A DNA stretch of 64,000 nt from the IMG/VR virus record IMGVR_UViG_3300009305_000018; one strand, given 5' to 3'. The stretch's first letter is position 1. Every line of letters begins with the position of its first letter. The position numbers and the translations under genes were made by a program. The DNA comes from a virus. Below the pieces are notes generated by a model. It worked only from the letters and a program-made list of their open reading frames with translations. It made no database searches and was not told the origin of the DNA. This document shows, one piece after another, positions 43,828-56,628 of this stretch.

Positions 43828-44361
43828 ATGCATGAACTACAAAATAGTGAAGTCGAAGAAAAAGTACGCTTCGAAATCACGGATATAGGCAGCTTGAATT
43901 GGGTGTTTCGCGAAGTATTAATCCCGTTGAAATCCGAAATCGAAACAAACAAAGCGTTAGCTAAAGCGGAAATCGAACGTGTGAATAAATGGTTGGAAGA
44001 TGTGAATAAATCCAATTCGCAAAAAGTCGAAGAATGGGAACAGCGTATTCAAGATTATCACTTCCACACATTGTTAAGCGACCCGAAAGCTAAAACGCTA
44101 TCTACTCCATACGGTAAAAGTAAATCCAGAGCATCGAAAGCAGCTCCAGAACAAGCTGATAAAGACGCCTTGCTCGTCCATCTCTTAAGTAATGATATGC
44201 AGGACTATATCAAGAAAGAACCGATGTGGGGAGATTTTAAAAAGTCGTTATCCGTTGCGAATGTCGACGGTGTTCTAACCGCGTTCGATGAAACTGGACA
44301 AGCAGTTCCTGGGGTAGTTATTAAACCGGATTCGATTAGCTTTTCTGTCGAGGTGACGTGA
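43828..44361 (+). CDS. Gam-like protein (copy 2)
   Basis: Identical to 2468-3001. Confidence 0.65.
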   Translation: MHELQNSEVEEKVRFEITDIGSLNWVFREVLIPLKSEIETNKALAKAEIERVNKWLEDVNKSNSQKVEEWEQRIQDYHFHTLLSDPKAKTLSTPYGKSKSRASKAAPEQADKDALLVHLLSNDMQDYIKKEPMWGDFKKSLSVANVDGVLTAFDETGQAVPGVVIKPDSISFSVEVT

Positions 44362-44362
44362 A

Positions 44363-45082
44363 ATGAAAATCACCAATGCCGAAAACATCACGAAAGATAA
44401 AGCTACTTACCTTCTGTATGCGGCGCCAGGCATCGGGAAAACGCACACTATCCGATTCTTACCGAAAGACGAGAGAGTGTTAGTTATCGACATTGACAAA
44501 ACATCTCACGTTCTAAAGGGAGAAAAAAATATTGACGTGCTAGACTTCCCGACTGAATCAGCATGGACATCGTGGACGGAGTTATTGAAGATGCTGAAAG
44601 GTGGACTGGCCGACGAATACGACACGATAGTAGTAGACAATATTTCAGAGTTGGTCAGAGCAATGTTGGCCGAAGCTGGAAGTACCGGAAAAAATAAAGG
44701 TGCACCGGAGTTGGCTCACTATAACAGATTAGATTTCTTCTTAATGAGGGAAGTTGTTCGAGCCATCAAGGGGTTAGATAAAAGGGTTGTTTTCCTCGCT
44801 TGGGAGATGACAGACGAGTGGCAGACCTCAGCAGGACAAACTTTCAATCGAGTGTACCCACACTTTCGAAAAACGATACTGGAGAACCTAATGGGGTTGT
44901 GCGATGTGGTCGGTAGATTAGTGTATGTCCCTGAATCGGGTAATAGAGGATTCTACTTGCAGCCGAATGACGAAATGTTCGCGAAAAATCAGTTGGATGC
45001 CAGGAAGAATTGCTTGCAGGAGGATATTTTCAAGGTTGGATATGTACCAAGTAAGGGTGGTGCCGATGTTCAAACTCCATGA
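44363..45082 (+). CDS. Sak4-like AAA ATPase (copy 2)
   Basis: Identical to 3003-3722. Confidence 0.8.
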   Translation: MKITNAENITKDKATYLLYAAPGIGKTHTIRFLPKDERVLVIDIDKTSHVLKGEKNIDVLDFPTESAWTSWTELLKMLKGGLADEYDTIVVDNISELVRAMLAEAGSTGKNKGAPELAHYNRLDFFLMREVVRAIKGLDKRVVFLAWEMTDEWQTSAGQTFNRVYPHFRKTILENLMGLCDVVGRLVYVPESGNRGFYLQPNDEMFAKNQLDARKNCLQEDIFKVGYVPSKGGADVQTP

Positions 45083-46397
45083 CTACCAACGAACGCTAGT
45101 TAATCGCACCAGGCAGTCGTACATGGACGGTTTTAAATCACCTTGTGTAGTTGCCCCGTGCGGCGCAGGAAAATCAATTATTATATCAGAAATCGCTAGA
45201 ATGACGACTGATAAAGGTAATCGCGTGTTGTTCCTCGTCCACAGAAAAGAATTGATTGATCAGATACGCGGCACTTTCAGAAACAACGAAGTTGATATGA
45301 GTTTGGTAGATTTCGGCATGGTTCAGACGGTTGTCCGTAGGTTAGAAAAAACAGCTAAACCAGCATTAATCATCACGGATGAATCGCACCACGGTTTGGC
45401 TGCATCGTATCGAAAGATATACGCCCACTTTTCAGACGTACCGAAATTAGGCTTCACCGCAACCCCAATCAGAATGAACGGATCCGGTATGGGAGATATC
45501 AACGACATCTTAATAGAAGAAGTCGATGCAGAATGGTTGATTGAAAATGGTTTTCTCTCTCCCTATAAATACTATTCGGTGAAGCTGATAAATGAGGAAC
45601 ATCTGGAAGTGAATAGACTGCAAGAATTCTCGAATGAATCGATTGGTAACACCTTGAAAGAAAACAAGGCAATCTACGGCGATATGGTACGGCACTATCG
45701 AAAGTTAGCGGATGGCGAACAGACAATTTGTTATTGCCACAGTATTGAGTCCAGTCTCCAAGCAAAACAGGAGTTTCTTGATAACGGCATAAACGCCGAA
45801 CACATCGACGCGAAAACACCGAAAGTCGAACGTGATGAAATCATTCAGAAATTCCGTGATGGAGAAATTCGGATTTTGTGCAACGTTGATCTGATAGGCG
45901 AGGGCTTCGATGTGCCAGACTGTTCCACAGTCATCATGTTGCGTCCGACTCAATCCCTATCCCTCTTTATTCAACAGAGCATGAGGGGCATGAGATACAA
46001 GCCTGGTAAGACGAGCATCATCATTGATCACGTTGCGAACGTTCACCGATTCGGATTGCCTGATGAAAAGCGTAAATGGAGTTTGGAAGGTAAAAAGAAA
46101 TCGACTATTAAAATGGAAGTGCCTATATCAGAATGCATTAATTGCTTTGCTGCATATCCGGCCGGAAGTAAAGAGTGTCCGCACTGTGGGCATGTAAGCA
46201 AAACTGATCCTGCTAAAGAAAAAGAAGTCATTGAAGCTGAATTGGAAGAAATCAATAAAGGTGACATCGTGTTGAAACTCGATTTCCGCGAACCGTCCGA
46301 CTGCAAAGATATGGGTGAACTGTACGATTTAGCGAAGAATCGCGGATATAAAAGAGGTTGGGCATATCACCAGTGTAAGTTGCTTGGATTGTTATAG
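45066..46397 (+). CDS. SF2 helicase (copy 2)
   Basis: Identical to 3706-5037. Confidence 0.92.
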   Translation: MFKLHDYQRTLVNRTRQSYMDGFKSPCVVAPCGAGKSIIISEIARMTTDKGNRVLFLVHRKELIDQIRGTFRNNEVDMSLVDFGMVQTVVRRLEKTAKPALIITDESHHGLAASYRKIYAHFSDVPKLGFTATPIRMNGSGMGDINDILIEEVDAEWLIENGFLSPYKYYSVKLINEEHLEVNRLQEFSNESIGNTLKENKAIYGDMVRHYRKLADGEQTICYCHSIESSLQAKQEFLDNGINAEHIDAKTPKVERDEIIQKFRDGEIRILCNVDLIGEGFDVPDCSTVIMLRPTQSLSLFIQQSMRGMRYKPGKTSIIIDHVANVHRFGLPDEKRKWSLEGKKKSTIKMEVPISECINCFAAYPAGSKECPHCGHVSKTDPAKEKEVIEAELEEINKGDIVLKLDFREPSDCKDMGELYDLAKNRGYKRGWAYHQCKLLGLL

Positions 46398-46657
46398 AGG
46401 GGAGAGGTAATAGTGAAAATTATTTGGAAAGATAACTTCGATAGAGATTTATATTCCGAAGTAGTTGTTGCTGAAAACGTAGATAAATACGTTGGTCAAG
46501 ACTTGGTGAAGTTGCACAATGATAAATATTGGGATGGTCAATCCAATTCTTACCTTGCATTGGTCGAGGATGATTACGAATTGTATGACGGTTATGCAGA
46601 TTTACTTTAATGCAACGCTAAACACAAAAAAACTAAACCAGAAAAGGATGATTAATT

Positions 46658-47182
46658 ATGACAGGATTCTCACTAGATTTCGAAAACACATTTGAAGGAA
46701 CAGGTATTGCAGACGGGACTTATGAGGTTGTTATCTCACTAACGGGCGAAGATGCTACTAAAAACGGTGCGGAATATGCGGAATTCAGACTCACGCTCCG
46801 CAATGACATTGACCAGAAACACAAAAATATGATTATCTTCGAGAAACTTTGGAAGACGAAAGATACAGGGAAATACAACATGATGATGTTTAACACGATT
46901 GGGAAAGCTGCACAACTGCCAAAAGGAAAGTCGTATTCATCCATGAATGAATTGCTTGGTGATTACGTTGGTAAGCCACTGAAAGTCACGGTGAAAAACG
47001 AAGAATCTGAGTATAACGGTAAAACTTACAACAATCTAAACGTAAAAAAATGGGATGTTACGAGTTTCCCGAATGTGCAGCATAAACAGAAGGTGAAAGA
47101 AAACGCTGGTGGAGTGCAAAACGATCCTTTCGCAGGGAACAGCGGCCCGATAACTGTCGAAGATGACGACCTACCGTTCTGA
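46658..47182 (+). CDS. ssb: DUF669-type SSB (copy 2)
   Basis: Identical to 5298-5822. Confidence 0.8.
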   Translation: MTGFSLDFENTFEGTGIADGTYEVVISLTGEDATKNGAEYAEFRLTLRNDIDQKHKNMIIFEKLWKTKDTGKYNMMMFNTIGKAAQLPKGKSYSSMNELLGDYVGKPLKVTVKNEESEYNGKTYNNLNVKKWDVTSFPNVQHKQKVKENAGGVQNDPFAGNSGPITVEDDDLPF

Positions 47183-47199
47183 GAAAGGAATGACGCTGA

Positions 47200-49500
47200 A
47201 TGTACTCAAAAATACCTTATGAATTAAAAGAACTTGATCGTTGGTGTTGCTTCAAGATTGTCGAACGCAACGGCAGACATACAAAAATGCCTGTCGATGC
47301 GAATACAGGCGAGTTAGCAAAAAGTAATGATGAAGCAACTTGGGCAGATTTCGATACTGCCCTCGCCGCTTCAATAGCTTATGACGGCATCGGATTCTTT
47401 TTCAAAGAACCATACGTCGGGATAGATATTGATGACGTTGGCGGAGAAATCGAAGATTACAAAAACGATAAACACGATGATAATATCGTTTCCGAATTTG
47501 TGGACATGCTCGGCAGTTATGCAGAAGTATCGCCATCCGGTAACGGAATCCACATCATCGTTAAAGGTGAGTTGCCACCGACTGGCAGACGTAAAGGAAA
47601 CATTGAAATCTATACAGCAGGACGCTTCTTCACAGTGACAGGGAATCACCTGGGCGGTTATACGCACATCACAGACGACGAAGACTACGGAAAGATAAAA
47701 TTCCTCCACAGTAAATATATAGAAACGTCTGAACCTACTCCTGTTCGCAACATTAAAGATGGAGAGGGGAACGACCTACCGGAAAGCGATTTAATCCGCA
47801 TTGCTTCTAATAGTAAGAACGGGATGCGGTTTAAATTATTTATAAGTGGCGGATGGGAACAATTCTACAGCAGTCAATCCGAAGCGGATATGGCATTCGC
47901 GAACGATTTAGCTTTCTGGACTTCGAGGGATTACGGAAAGATGGATAACATCTTCCGAGGATCTTCTCTCTATCGTGAAAAATGGGACGGCAAGCGCGGG
48001 GAATCTACTTATGGAAATGACACATTAAATAAAGCAATTGCAGACTGTACAAACGTATTCAGTCCAGCACCACAGGATGATGATTATCAATTGTACATTA
48101 TGGAACATGACGTGAAAGAAGTGAAAAACAAATACTTTTCCTACGATGATACAGGCAATGCAGAACGCTTCACATCGTTGCACGGTGAGATTCTGAGGTA
48201 CAGCTATATTCGGAAGAATTGGTATTTCTACGACAGCAAGAAATGGGTCACGGATCAAGAAGGAAAAATCAAAACGATGGCCGACCAAGTTCTTGCAAAA
48301 ATGAAGAGTGAGAGAATATTCATCCCCGAAGATGCGGATGAAGAAGTAATGAAAAAAGCGTTTCAGAAACACGTTAAATCAACACGTAATCATAACGGTA
48401 AAACGAACATGATTAAAGAAAGTGAGCATTTATTGCCTGTTAAATCAGAAGCATTCGATGGTGACCAACATCTATTTAACGTACAAAACGGCTACTTAGA
48501 TTTAAAAGCAGGGAAACTGAACGATCACGACAAGGAAAAATACTTCACGAAAATATCTAATGTGGAGTACACAAATAAAGCGGATTGCCCATTATGGGAC
48601 GAGTTCCTAGAAACTATTTTCGATGGTGATAAATCGTTGATTAATTACATTCAAAGAGCGGTTGGTTACTCTCTCTCTGGATCCACAGAGGAGCAAGTGA
48701 TGTTCGTACTCCACGGAAACGGACGTAACGGTAAGTCAGTATTTCTCGACATTGTAACGGATCTATTCGGCAGCTACTCAACAAATATTCAACCACACGC
48801 GATTATGGTGAAACAAAATCAAGGCGGTGCAGCTAATCCAGACATTGCGAAATTAGCAGGAGCGCGCCTAGTAACGACGGTAGAGCCTAACGAGGGTGAA
48901 AGGTTCGATGAAGGGTTAATCAAACAGATGACGGGTGGAGATAAGATTACAGCCCGCTTCCTATATGAAGACGAATTCGAATATACTCCACAGTTTAAAA
49001 TCTGGATGGCCACCAATCATAAACCGTTAATCAGAGGTACGGATGACGGGATATGGCGAAGACTTGCAATCGTACCGTTCACTGTGCAGATACCCGAAAA
49101 CAGGGTTGATAAGAAACTCTCCCACAAGCTAAGGAGAGAGATAAACGCCATTCTCCATTGGGCAGTGGAGGGTTATCTAATGTGGCAGAAAGACGGGCTG
49201 CAGGAACCACAAGTAATAAAAGATCAACGGCAAGAATACCGCACAGAGATGGACGCTGTAGAACTGTTCATCGAGGAATGCTGTGTGAGGGATGACTTTT
49301 CCAACGTCCAAGCAAAATCAGTCTTCCAAGCATATTCAGAGTGGGCGGGAGAAAACAGGCAACACAATATGAGCAGTACGAAATTCGGTAGGGAAATGGG
49401 TAAGAAATTTCATAAAAGAAAGTCTAACGGGGTAGTAGTTTACGGTGGATTGAAGTTACTGGACATACAAAGAAAATTCGAACACACGATGAATTACTAA
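47200..49500 (+). CDS. Primase/D5 helicase (copy 2)
   Basis: Identical to 5840-8140. Confidence 0.92.
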   Translation: MYSKIPYELKELDRWCCFKIVERNGRHTKMPVDANTGELAKSNDEATWADFDTALAASIAYDGIGFFFKEPYVGIDIDDVGGEIEDYKNDKHDDNIVSEFVDMLGSYAEVSPSGNGIHIIVKGELPPTGRRKGNIEIYTAGRFFTVTGNHLGGYTHITDDEDYGKIKFLHSKYIETSEPTPVRNIKDGEGNDLPESDLIRIASNSKNGMRFKLFISGGWEQFYSSQSEADMAFANDLAFWTSRDYGKMDNIFRGSSLYREKWDGKRGESTYGNDTLNKAIADCTNVFSPAPQDDDYQLYIMEHDVKEVKNKYFSYDDTGNAERFTSLHGEILRYSYIRKNWYFYDSKKWVTDQEGKIKTMADQVLAKMKSERIFIPEDADEEVMKKAFQKHVKSTRNHNGKTNMIKESEHLLPVKSEAFDGDQHLFNVQNGYLDLKAGKLNDHDKEKYFTKISNVEYTNKADCPLWDEFLETIFDGDKSLINYIQRAVGYSLSGSTEEQVMFVLHGNGRNGKSVFLDIVTDLFGSYSTNIQPHAIMVKQNQGGAANPDIAKLAGARLVTTVEPNEGERFDEGLIKQMTGGDKITARFLYEDEFEYTPQFKIWMATNHKPLIRGTDDGIWRRLAIVPFTVQIPENRVDKKLSHKLRREINAILHWAVEGYLMWQKDGLQEPQVIKDQRQEYRTEMDAVELFIEECCVRDDFSNVQAKSVFQAYSEWAGENRQHNMSSTKFGREMGKKFHKRKSNGVVVYGGLKLLDIQRKFEHTMNY

Positions 49501-49621
49501 ATTAATTACCATTTATTGTGCGTTGTGAAAAGTATGTGAAGTGTTTCACAAGACTTCGAAAGACTGAATTATCAGAAATGGTTACTATGTACCCAGTCAG
49601 TAAATGGCAAATATAAATATG

Positions 49622-49825
49622 TAGGGATAGTTGGTGGATAGTTTAGGGATAGTTGAGAGAAAACCCTCCCTGTCTGCAAACCCTTGGTATATTTACCTTT
49701 CTATTACTCTTTATTTCTTTTAGGGATAGTAGGGATAGAAAAATATAAAAGTAGATAAATAAATATATAAATATATTCCTATAGAGAGTTGTTGGAAATG
49801 GGGTCAAACTGTCCTAACTATCCCT
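49622..49825. repeat. Iteron origin (copy 2)
   Basis: Identical to 8262-8465. Confidence 0.7.
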
Positions 49826-49849
49826 GAACGTATTTTAGGAGGTAATTCC

Positions 49850-50161
49850 ATGAGAGAAGCCGACATACAAAATTCAATCCGTATAGCGTTAAATCCATAC
49901 GCAGTTATCTTCCGTGTAAACTCCGGAAAAGTCAGAATGGCAGACGGACGTTATTTCGATACTGGCGTTCCTGTAGGTCACACCGATTTAGCGGGATTCA
50001 GAAAAAGTGACGGTAAAGCAATATATATCGAGGTAAAAACCGAAAAAGGCAAGTTGCGAGAATCGCAGAAGAAATTTATATCTGTCGTAGGTGAGTACCC
50101 CGTGATTGTTGGGGTTTGCAGGAGTCCTCAAGAAGCAATCGATTTAGTTTTAGGTAAATAA
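49850..50161 (+). CDS. VRR-NUC nuclease (copy 2)
   Basis: Identical to 8490-8801. Confidence 0.9.
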   Translation: MREADIQNSIRIALNPYAVIFRVNSGKVRMADGRYFDTGVPVGHTDLAGFRKSDGKAIYIEVKTEKGKLRESQKKFISVVGEYPVIVGVCRSPQEAIDLVLGK

Positions 50162-50170
50162 AAAAGGGCA

Positions 50171-50314
50171 TTATTTGCCCTCTTTCTTTTCAACATATTC
50201 CTTTAAAATCAAATTCACCATTTGGCTGAAACTTCTACTTTCTTTTTCACTAATTTCTTTAATCTTGGTATTAACATCTTGATCGATTGTAACGGTTACT
50301 CTGTCTTTTATCAT
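50171..50314 (-). CDS. Arc/CopG-like RHH protein (copy 2)
   Basis: Identical to 8811-8954. Confidence 0.85.
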   Translation of the reverse strand: MIKDRVTVTIDQDVNTKIKEISEKESRSFSQMVNLILKEYVEKKEGK

Positions 50315-50437
50315 AAAAACAACTCCTTTCAAAACATTATATAACTTTCTCACATTTAATACAACATAGTATGCATTAGTATGAGGAAGTATGATATAAT
50401 AGAGTTAATAGAAATGACAAAAGGGAGTTGTATTGAT

Positions 50438-51019
50438 ATGGAGTTATGGAAAGATGTCGAGGGATACGAAGGATTGTATCAAGTAAGCAGTTTAGGAAGA
50501 ATGAAATCACTGTCCAGACCTGTTAAGCAAAGAAACAATTCGATTCAAGTGAAATCAGGAAAAATTATTAAAGGATATGAAAATAAGAAGGGTTATATCC
50601 AAATGGGCATTACGAAAGAAAATGAAAAAAACACAAAACCAATGCACAGATGGGTTGCGGAAGCTTTCATAACAAACCTCGAAAACAAACCGCAAATTAA
50701 TCATATTGACGGTGTGAAAACAAACAACAACATAAACAATTTGGAATGGGTAACCAATGAGGAAAATGCAGAACACGCAAGGTCGTTGGGTTTAATGATT
50801 TACCGTCCGGAAAATTTAAAAAAAGCAACAATTGCTGCCGTTAAAGCTAATCAGAAGAAAGTGAACAGGTTGTGCTTAAAGGGTGGTAAGACAATAACTT
50901 ACAATTCTATAAAAGAAGCCGGAGAAGCGAACGGCAATAAGGAAAAAGGGATAAGCGAAGTTTTGAATGGAAGACAAAAAACGGCGGGTGGTTATAGGTG
51001 GGAATACGCTACCGTTTAA
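50438..51019 (+). CDS. NUMOD4-HNH endonuclease (copy 2)
   Basis: Identical to 9078-9659. Confidence 0.9.
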   Translation: MELWKDVEGYEGLYQVSSLGRMKSLSRPVKQRNNSIQVKSGKIIKGYENKKGYIQMGITKENEKNTKPMHRWVAEAFITNLENKPQINHIDGVKTNNNINNLEWVTNEENAEHARSLGLMIYRPENLKKATIAAVKANQKKVNRLCLKGGKTITYNSIKEAGEANGNKEKGISEVLNGRQKTAGGYRWEYATV

Positions 51020-54000
51020 TACCAGAAAGGGTGAAACCAATGAAAACACAACCTTATTTCCAAACAATAATAAACGCCGGATCCATTGAAGAACGCGACA
51101 TGAGAATTAATGAATTATTAGTCAGAGGGTTCACGGTATATCAACTTCATGAAACGACGACGGATTTTCACGGTAGTAGGGCTGCAAGGTCTAACGGTTA
51201 TAGACACGGATATGACGGTGGAAGCAACCAAACGACGTATAGGGCGGTTATGAGGAAAGTTAAATGCTAGAACGGGTGAATAATAAGCCTATGTGGTTGT
51301 TGACTCGACTGGAAGGTCATGAGCGTGTTTATATCTATGATGTGTTTTTCGGTAAGGAATTGAATCGGATGATGAAAGCGGGATGGAGGGTTATTAAATG
51401 ACAATAATCACACTACAAGAAATCCTAATCCTAATCATCGGTGGCGGGTTAATAATGGCGCTGTCGTATTGGATGGGGACGAAGGATGGATTTGATAAAG
51501 GTTGGGACAGGTGTATGCGGGTTGTGGGGAAGAAAGAGGATTCGCAGTAGACACAAAAGGCGAAGTAAGAAAGGGGTCAGAGTTTTGAATATGAGTTCTA
51601 TGTTGCTAGGTGCATGGCTACTAATTTTAACATTCCTTAACGTGTTCATAATATTTTCAACGGAGGAAGACGAAGAAAAGTTCGTCAACGCTGTGATTAT
51701 CACACTAACGATATTGACGGTTTGGGCTATGACACATAATTACTATAAGTAGGAGTGAGCAAAATGTCAGAATCGAACACAGAACGACTGGAGCGCATAG
51801 GTAACTTAACTATTCATCGAGATGCTAGAAAACATAATTTTAGAACAGTCGATGAAGCTGATTTTATGTGGTTAATCGAACAAGCAGAACAAGCACAAGA
51901 ATTAATACAAACCACCAAAGACATTATTAGAACCGCTAATGTGATTGATGAACGGAATCAAGAAATGCGAAAGGCGTTAACACACATAGCAGATCATCTT
52001 CACTTGGGGGAAGGGTACGAATATGCAGACCAAGTTGCCAACAGTCTGATTAATAGGGCGAGAGAAGGGCTTGGAAAGGAGTGGTGGCTATATGAACAGA
52101 GTTGAGCTAACGAGGCGAGAAATAAACGGCCTTCACTCACTTAGAGAATTATGGAGCGACTACACAAGGGACGTTTATTGCCAGGAAATAATAAGGGAGA
52201 AACTTGACGGTGTTTTGTGGTCAGAAGTGCTACTAGATGAAACTTTGTTTGAGGTTGAAAGAATGGAGGATTTGAAGTTTATAGACGCTTTGCGTATTGG
52301 CTATGTCTTGGTTAAGGATTGAGTCTAATACACCGTTCGACTAAACGCGGTATCGGTCCGAATCAGTCCAAAATACGGTCCACGGTTCGGACCATAAACT
52401 ATGAAACTTTGAAAACGGAGGTAAATCACAATGCATAACCCATACGAAATACCAATAGCGCCAACAACCCTCATGTGCGCCGATTGTAAGGGGATTGGAA
52501 CGTTAGGTGGGAGCTTATATCTGACAGAGTCCTGCACCGCCTGCAAGGGCACTGGGATGGTTCAGAAGGGGAGGGAAGAAGATGAAAATTAATGATTATA
52601 CGTTTGAAGAAAAACAAACTGCGTTGGATGAAGCGTTTGCGATTATGAATGCGGATAAAACTAATGCGGAACGGTTGGGAATTATCTTAGAAAGATACAA
52701 AAAGTACAACGGATTGAAGACTAATGATTATAAATGGTTATTCGAACAAGCTGAACGGGCGCAGGAGTTACAGAAAGACAACAAACGACTAGATTACATG
52801 TTGGGGCAAACATACGTGGATTACCTGACCAACGAATCAGTAAGGATGCAAAACAAGCTGCATGAAGTGGGGAAAGAAAACATGAGATTCCGTGAAGCGT
52901 TAGAGGAAGTATTTGAGTTATCAAAACACGATAACCAATCAAGATATTTGGACAAATGTTATGTGGTAGCCCGTCAAGCACTGGAGGCTGAACGCCGTGA
53001 CTAAACCACTCGGACCTATCACGGAAAAGGACTTTCTTTTGTCACTAATTGACACGGTGCTTGACTTGGTAGATATCGAATGGTTCATGGAAATTACTGA
53101 TCGACTAAAGGAAATGGGGGAATTGTGATGGGAGTTGAAACGGTTGCGAAACGATTGAATAAACTTGAAATACGCAAAAAAAGACTTTGGATATTAGCTG
53201 AAATTAACAGGTTGGATGGATTGCGGTGTGGATTGTGCAACGATGAAATCGAGGGGAATTCATCGGGGAATAGAACCAATTGCCCTTGTCCTGCCGCTGT
53301 TGAAATACGAAAGATAGGGGAGAAATTAAATAAATTAGTTTCGAATCGGAAGAAGATAGAGAGCGAATTACCACCGAAGCCCGACGCTGAAGGTTTGACT
53401 GTTGATACGTTGACCATCGGAATTTACAAGAAATTCAAAGCAAGCAAGATGACAGACACGCAAATCATGAAACAACTTTGTGTAGGAACTAAAAAGTTTC
53501 ACAAGTGGAAACAAGAACATGGGTTGATGGTTGTTAGGGCGAAGTGATTGAAGGGTGGCAGATGATTTAATGTACACATCAAAAATGATCCATCTTCGAC
53601 CAGAGGATGAGCTGCAGGAAGTGATAAAAGGGCAGAAAACAATAACGACAACTAAGCTACAGAAATTATTAGAACCGCTGCTTGAAAAACTTTGGTGGCA
53701 GGAAGAAACGTTAAACAGAAACGTGGTTTCCATTAGGGAATTAAGTCATAAAGTGAATAGATCAGCTCAAGAAGTAAGACGGAAAGACAAAGTGATTGAA
53801 AAACGTGTACAAGTATCTAGTTCTTGGGAAAGTCGGGCGCAAAGTGCGGAAGCGTTATTAAAGCAACGCGATGCTAATGCTCGAAGAAGTTCCGAAGCTT
53901 ACAATATATTGGCGAAAGAAAAAAGGATATTAGAAGAGCAATTGAGCAGGGCTAAAAAAGTTATTGCTGGATTGGAAATGGATGCACGTATTGCAAAGTT

Positions 54001-54555
54001 AGGAGGAGGGCGTTGAATTGGAAAAACGTTACTACTATATTTCACTAGAAGACGAGACTATCGCTGAGGCTAATGGGATTTCATATCAGACTTTATATCA
54101 AAGAGTACACCAATACGGATGGGATGTTGACCGAGCGATTACACAACGGACAAGAGTTGAGGTTCCGTTTCATAGCGAATGGATTGAGGTTGCAAAGTCG
54201 AACGGTATAAAACTCAGTTTATTCCGTCAAAGAGTCCGTAGGCATGGATGGGATGAAGAAGTTGCAGCAACTACTCCTATTGTATCGAAAGTGGAGGCAG
54301 CTAGGCGGGCAGGGGTAACGGCTCAACGTAAAAGGGAGGAAATGACATGTTAGGTCACATAAATAAGAACGCGATCCTCACACAAGTACTGGACAAGCTT
54401 ATCCAACAAACCAATAAGGGTGTAGATAAATATGGCACTACTGTTAATCCGGCAGATTATTCAACTGTGGAATGGATTGACCACGCGATTGAGGAATCTA
54501 TTGACCATATTGTTTATCTTACTTGCTTGAAAACGAAGATTGTGGAGGGGAAGAA

Positions 54556-55080
54556 ATGAATCTAACTAAATTATTTGACATACAGAAGCTGCTAGATGCA
54601 GCAATCATCGAGAAAAAGGGATTGGAAGGGCGTGACACGCTTCCCGAGAAGATTCTAGCATTACAGGTTGAGTTGGGTGAATGCGCGAATGAATGGCGCG
54701 GCTTTAAATTCTGGAGTAACAATCAGAAACCGGCAATAAGAGTGAATAATCCGATTGAACACGGAAATCCACTACTGGAAGAATACGTCGATTGCCTACA
54801 TTTCATCTTATCAATCGGGCTAGAAAGAAAAGAAACTACGATGACGACGCCTTACGACGAATCATGGATAACTAAAGCGAGTAACGTAACGGAACAGTTT
54901 AGCCAGTTATTCGATGAGATAAGTAATTTCTCCAGGTATAAAACGGTTAGCGATTATGCTTCTGTCCTTGATACGTTCATTGGTCTCGGTGAAATGCTCG
55001 GCTTCACATGGGAGGAAATAGAGTCTGCATACCTGGCAAAGAACGAAGTCAATCATTCAAGACAAAATAACGGTTACTAG
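54556..55080 (+). CDS. dut: Dimeric dUTPase (copy 2)
   Basis: Identical to 13196-13720. Confidence 0.9.
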   Translation: MNLTKLFDIQKLLDAAIIEKKGLEGRDTLPEKILALQVELGECANEWRGFKFWSNNQKPAIRVNNPIEHGNPLLEEYVDCLHFILSIGLERKETTMTTPYDESWITKASNVTEQFSQLFDEISNFSRYKTVSDYASVLDTFIGLGEMLGFTWEEIESAYLAKNEVNHSRQNNGY

Positions 55081-55369
55081 GAGGAAATCCATGACAACCA
55101 CTAAAACAGAAAAGGTGTGCATCGAATGTAAGGTTAAGTTAGGCAGGTATTGGGGAATGAATTTTTGCGAAGATTGTTTCCGTCAATTATTACGGGAGCA
55201 TTTAGCGGAAGAGGACAGGAAGGCTGATAATGAATGACCGTGGACGAGCGTGAGGAAATCATAGAGTGGTTGCTATTGTGGTCGATATGGAATCGTGAGG
55301 CGTTGGGGACGTTGAGTAATCGTAGGTTGCTTGAAGAGTATGACAAATATTTGAAGTTGGGGTGACGGT

Positions 55370-55795
55370 ATGAAAACACTAAACAAACACGATATCCAAA
55401 AGCTTGAAGAATACTGGTCCAACTATAAACAGAACAAGCAGCAACTTAAATACCGCGAATGGGAGTTAATGAGCCGTAACTCTGACGACGAAAACACGGG
55501 TGGTGGCGCAAACTCTGTCCGTACAATCTCTAAGCCGACCGAGCAGCTTGCAACACGATTGATAGAGGATAAGCTGTATCAGAATCTAAAGCAGATTACG
55601 CACGTTGTGGAGAGCCTATATCATGAGTCCGAAGGAGACTTGAAGGTCATTGTGGACATGCGATATTGGGATGCTGAACGTAATTGTTATGAGTGGGAAG
55701 AAATTGCCGATCAGTTGAATATGTCCAGGAGTAAAGTGTTGAGGTTGCGGAATGGGCTGTTGGATGATACTGCTGATTTGATTGGGTGGGTTTGA
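55370..55795 (+). CDS. RinA/ArpU-family activator (copy 2)
   Basis: Identical to 14010-14435. Confidence 0.85.
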   Translation: MKTLNKHDIQKLEEYWSNYKQNKQQLKYREWELMSRNSDDENTGGGANSVRTISKPTEQLATRLIEDKLYQNLKQITHVVESLYHESEGDLKVIVDMRYWDAERNCYEWEEIADQLNMSRSKVLRLRNGLLDDTADLIGWV

Positions 55796-56295
55796 TGGAA
55801 GTCTGGACGTGGACATTTATTCTCGGACTCGCAATTGGTGTAATGCAGGGCGTTACCATTGGTAGATGGAGATGGAAGAAGTGAACTTGTTAACACCAAG
55901 GAAGTTCACTCTCATCTGTAGTAATCTGATAGAGTAGGTTTCTTAGATGGTGACCTACTCATTTCCCCTCTTTTACATCCGCATACACGGCACATAGTGA
56001 AAGCTATGTAGAACTGCGCTAACGGGTATGCGGATGATTCTTTTAAACTAATATACTTAATCCAATACAATCAAGGCTGCATCCAATCGGGTGTGGCTTT
56101 TTCTTATACATATGAAAGGTGGTGGTCAAACTGTTCGCTGTTCAATTAGATACAACGGAAAGGATTTGATCCATCATCTCGGTTGATTGTTCCGTCATGC
56201 AATCGTAAGGAGTGAAGCAATGATTACCACTGGCTTAATACTCACAGCATTCATAACGATTCCTCTACTACTACTCATAAGCAAGGTGAAGAAAC

Positions 56296-56628
56296 ATGGC
56301 TGAATACAAAACAAAAGAACAACAAAAGAAATTCTATAACACTAAATCTTGGAATGGTAAGAACGGATTACGAATGCAAGCATTGAAGAGAGATAATTTT
56401 GAATGTAAAATGTGTGCGGCTGAGGGAAAAGTTCATCTCGATTCCATTAAAGAAAAAGGTAAACGGAAATCAATTGAGTTAAACGTTCATCACATAAAAG
56501 AAATAGAACATCATCCGAATCTTGCGCTTGCGTTGTCGAATTTAATTACTATCTGCTTACAACATCACAACGAAATCCACGACAGATACAAGCCAAGCGA
56601 AACATTCGTAAGAGATGAAAGATGGTAA
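56296..56628 (+). CDS. Packaging HNH endonuclease (copy 2)
   Basis: Identical to 14936-15268. Confidence 0.9.
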   Translation: MAEYKTKEQQKKFYNTKSWNGKNGLRMQALKRDNFECKMCAAEGKVHLDSIKEKGKRKSIELNVHHIKEIEHHPNLALALSNLITICLQHHNEIHDRYKPSETFVRDERW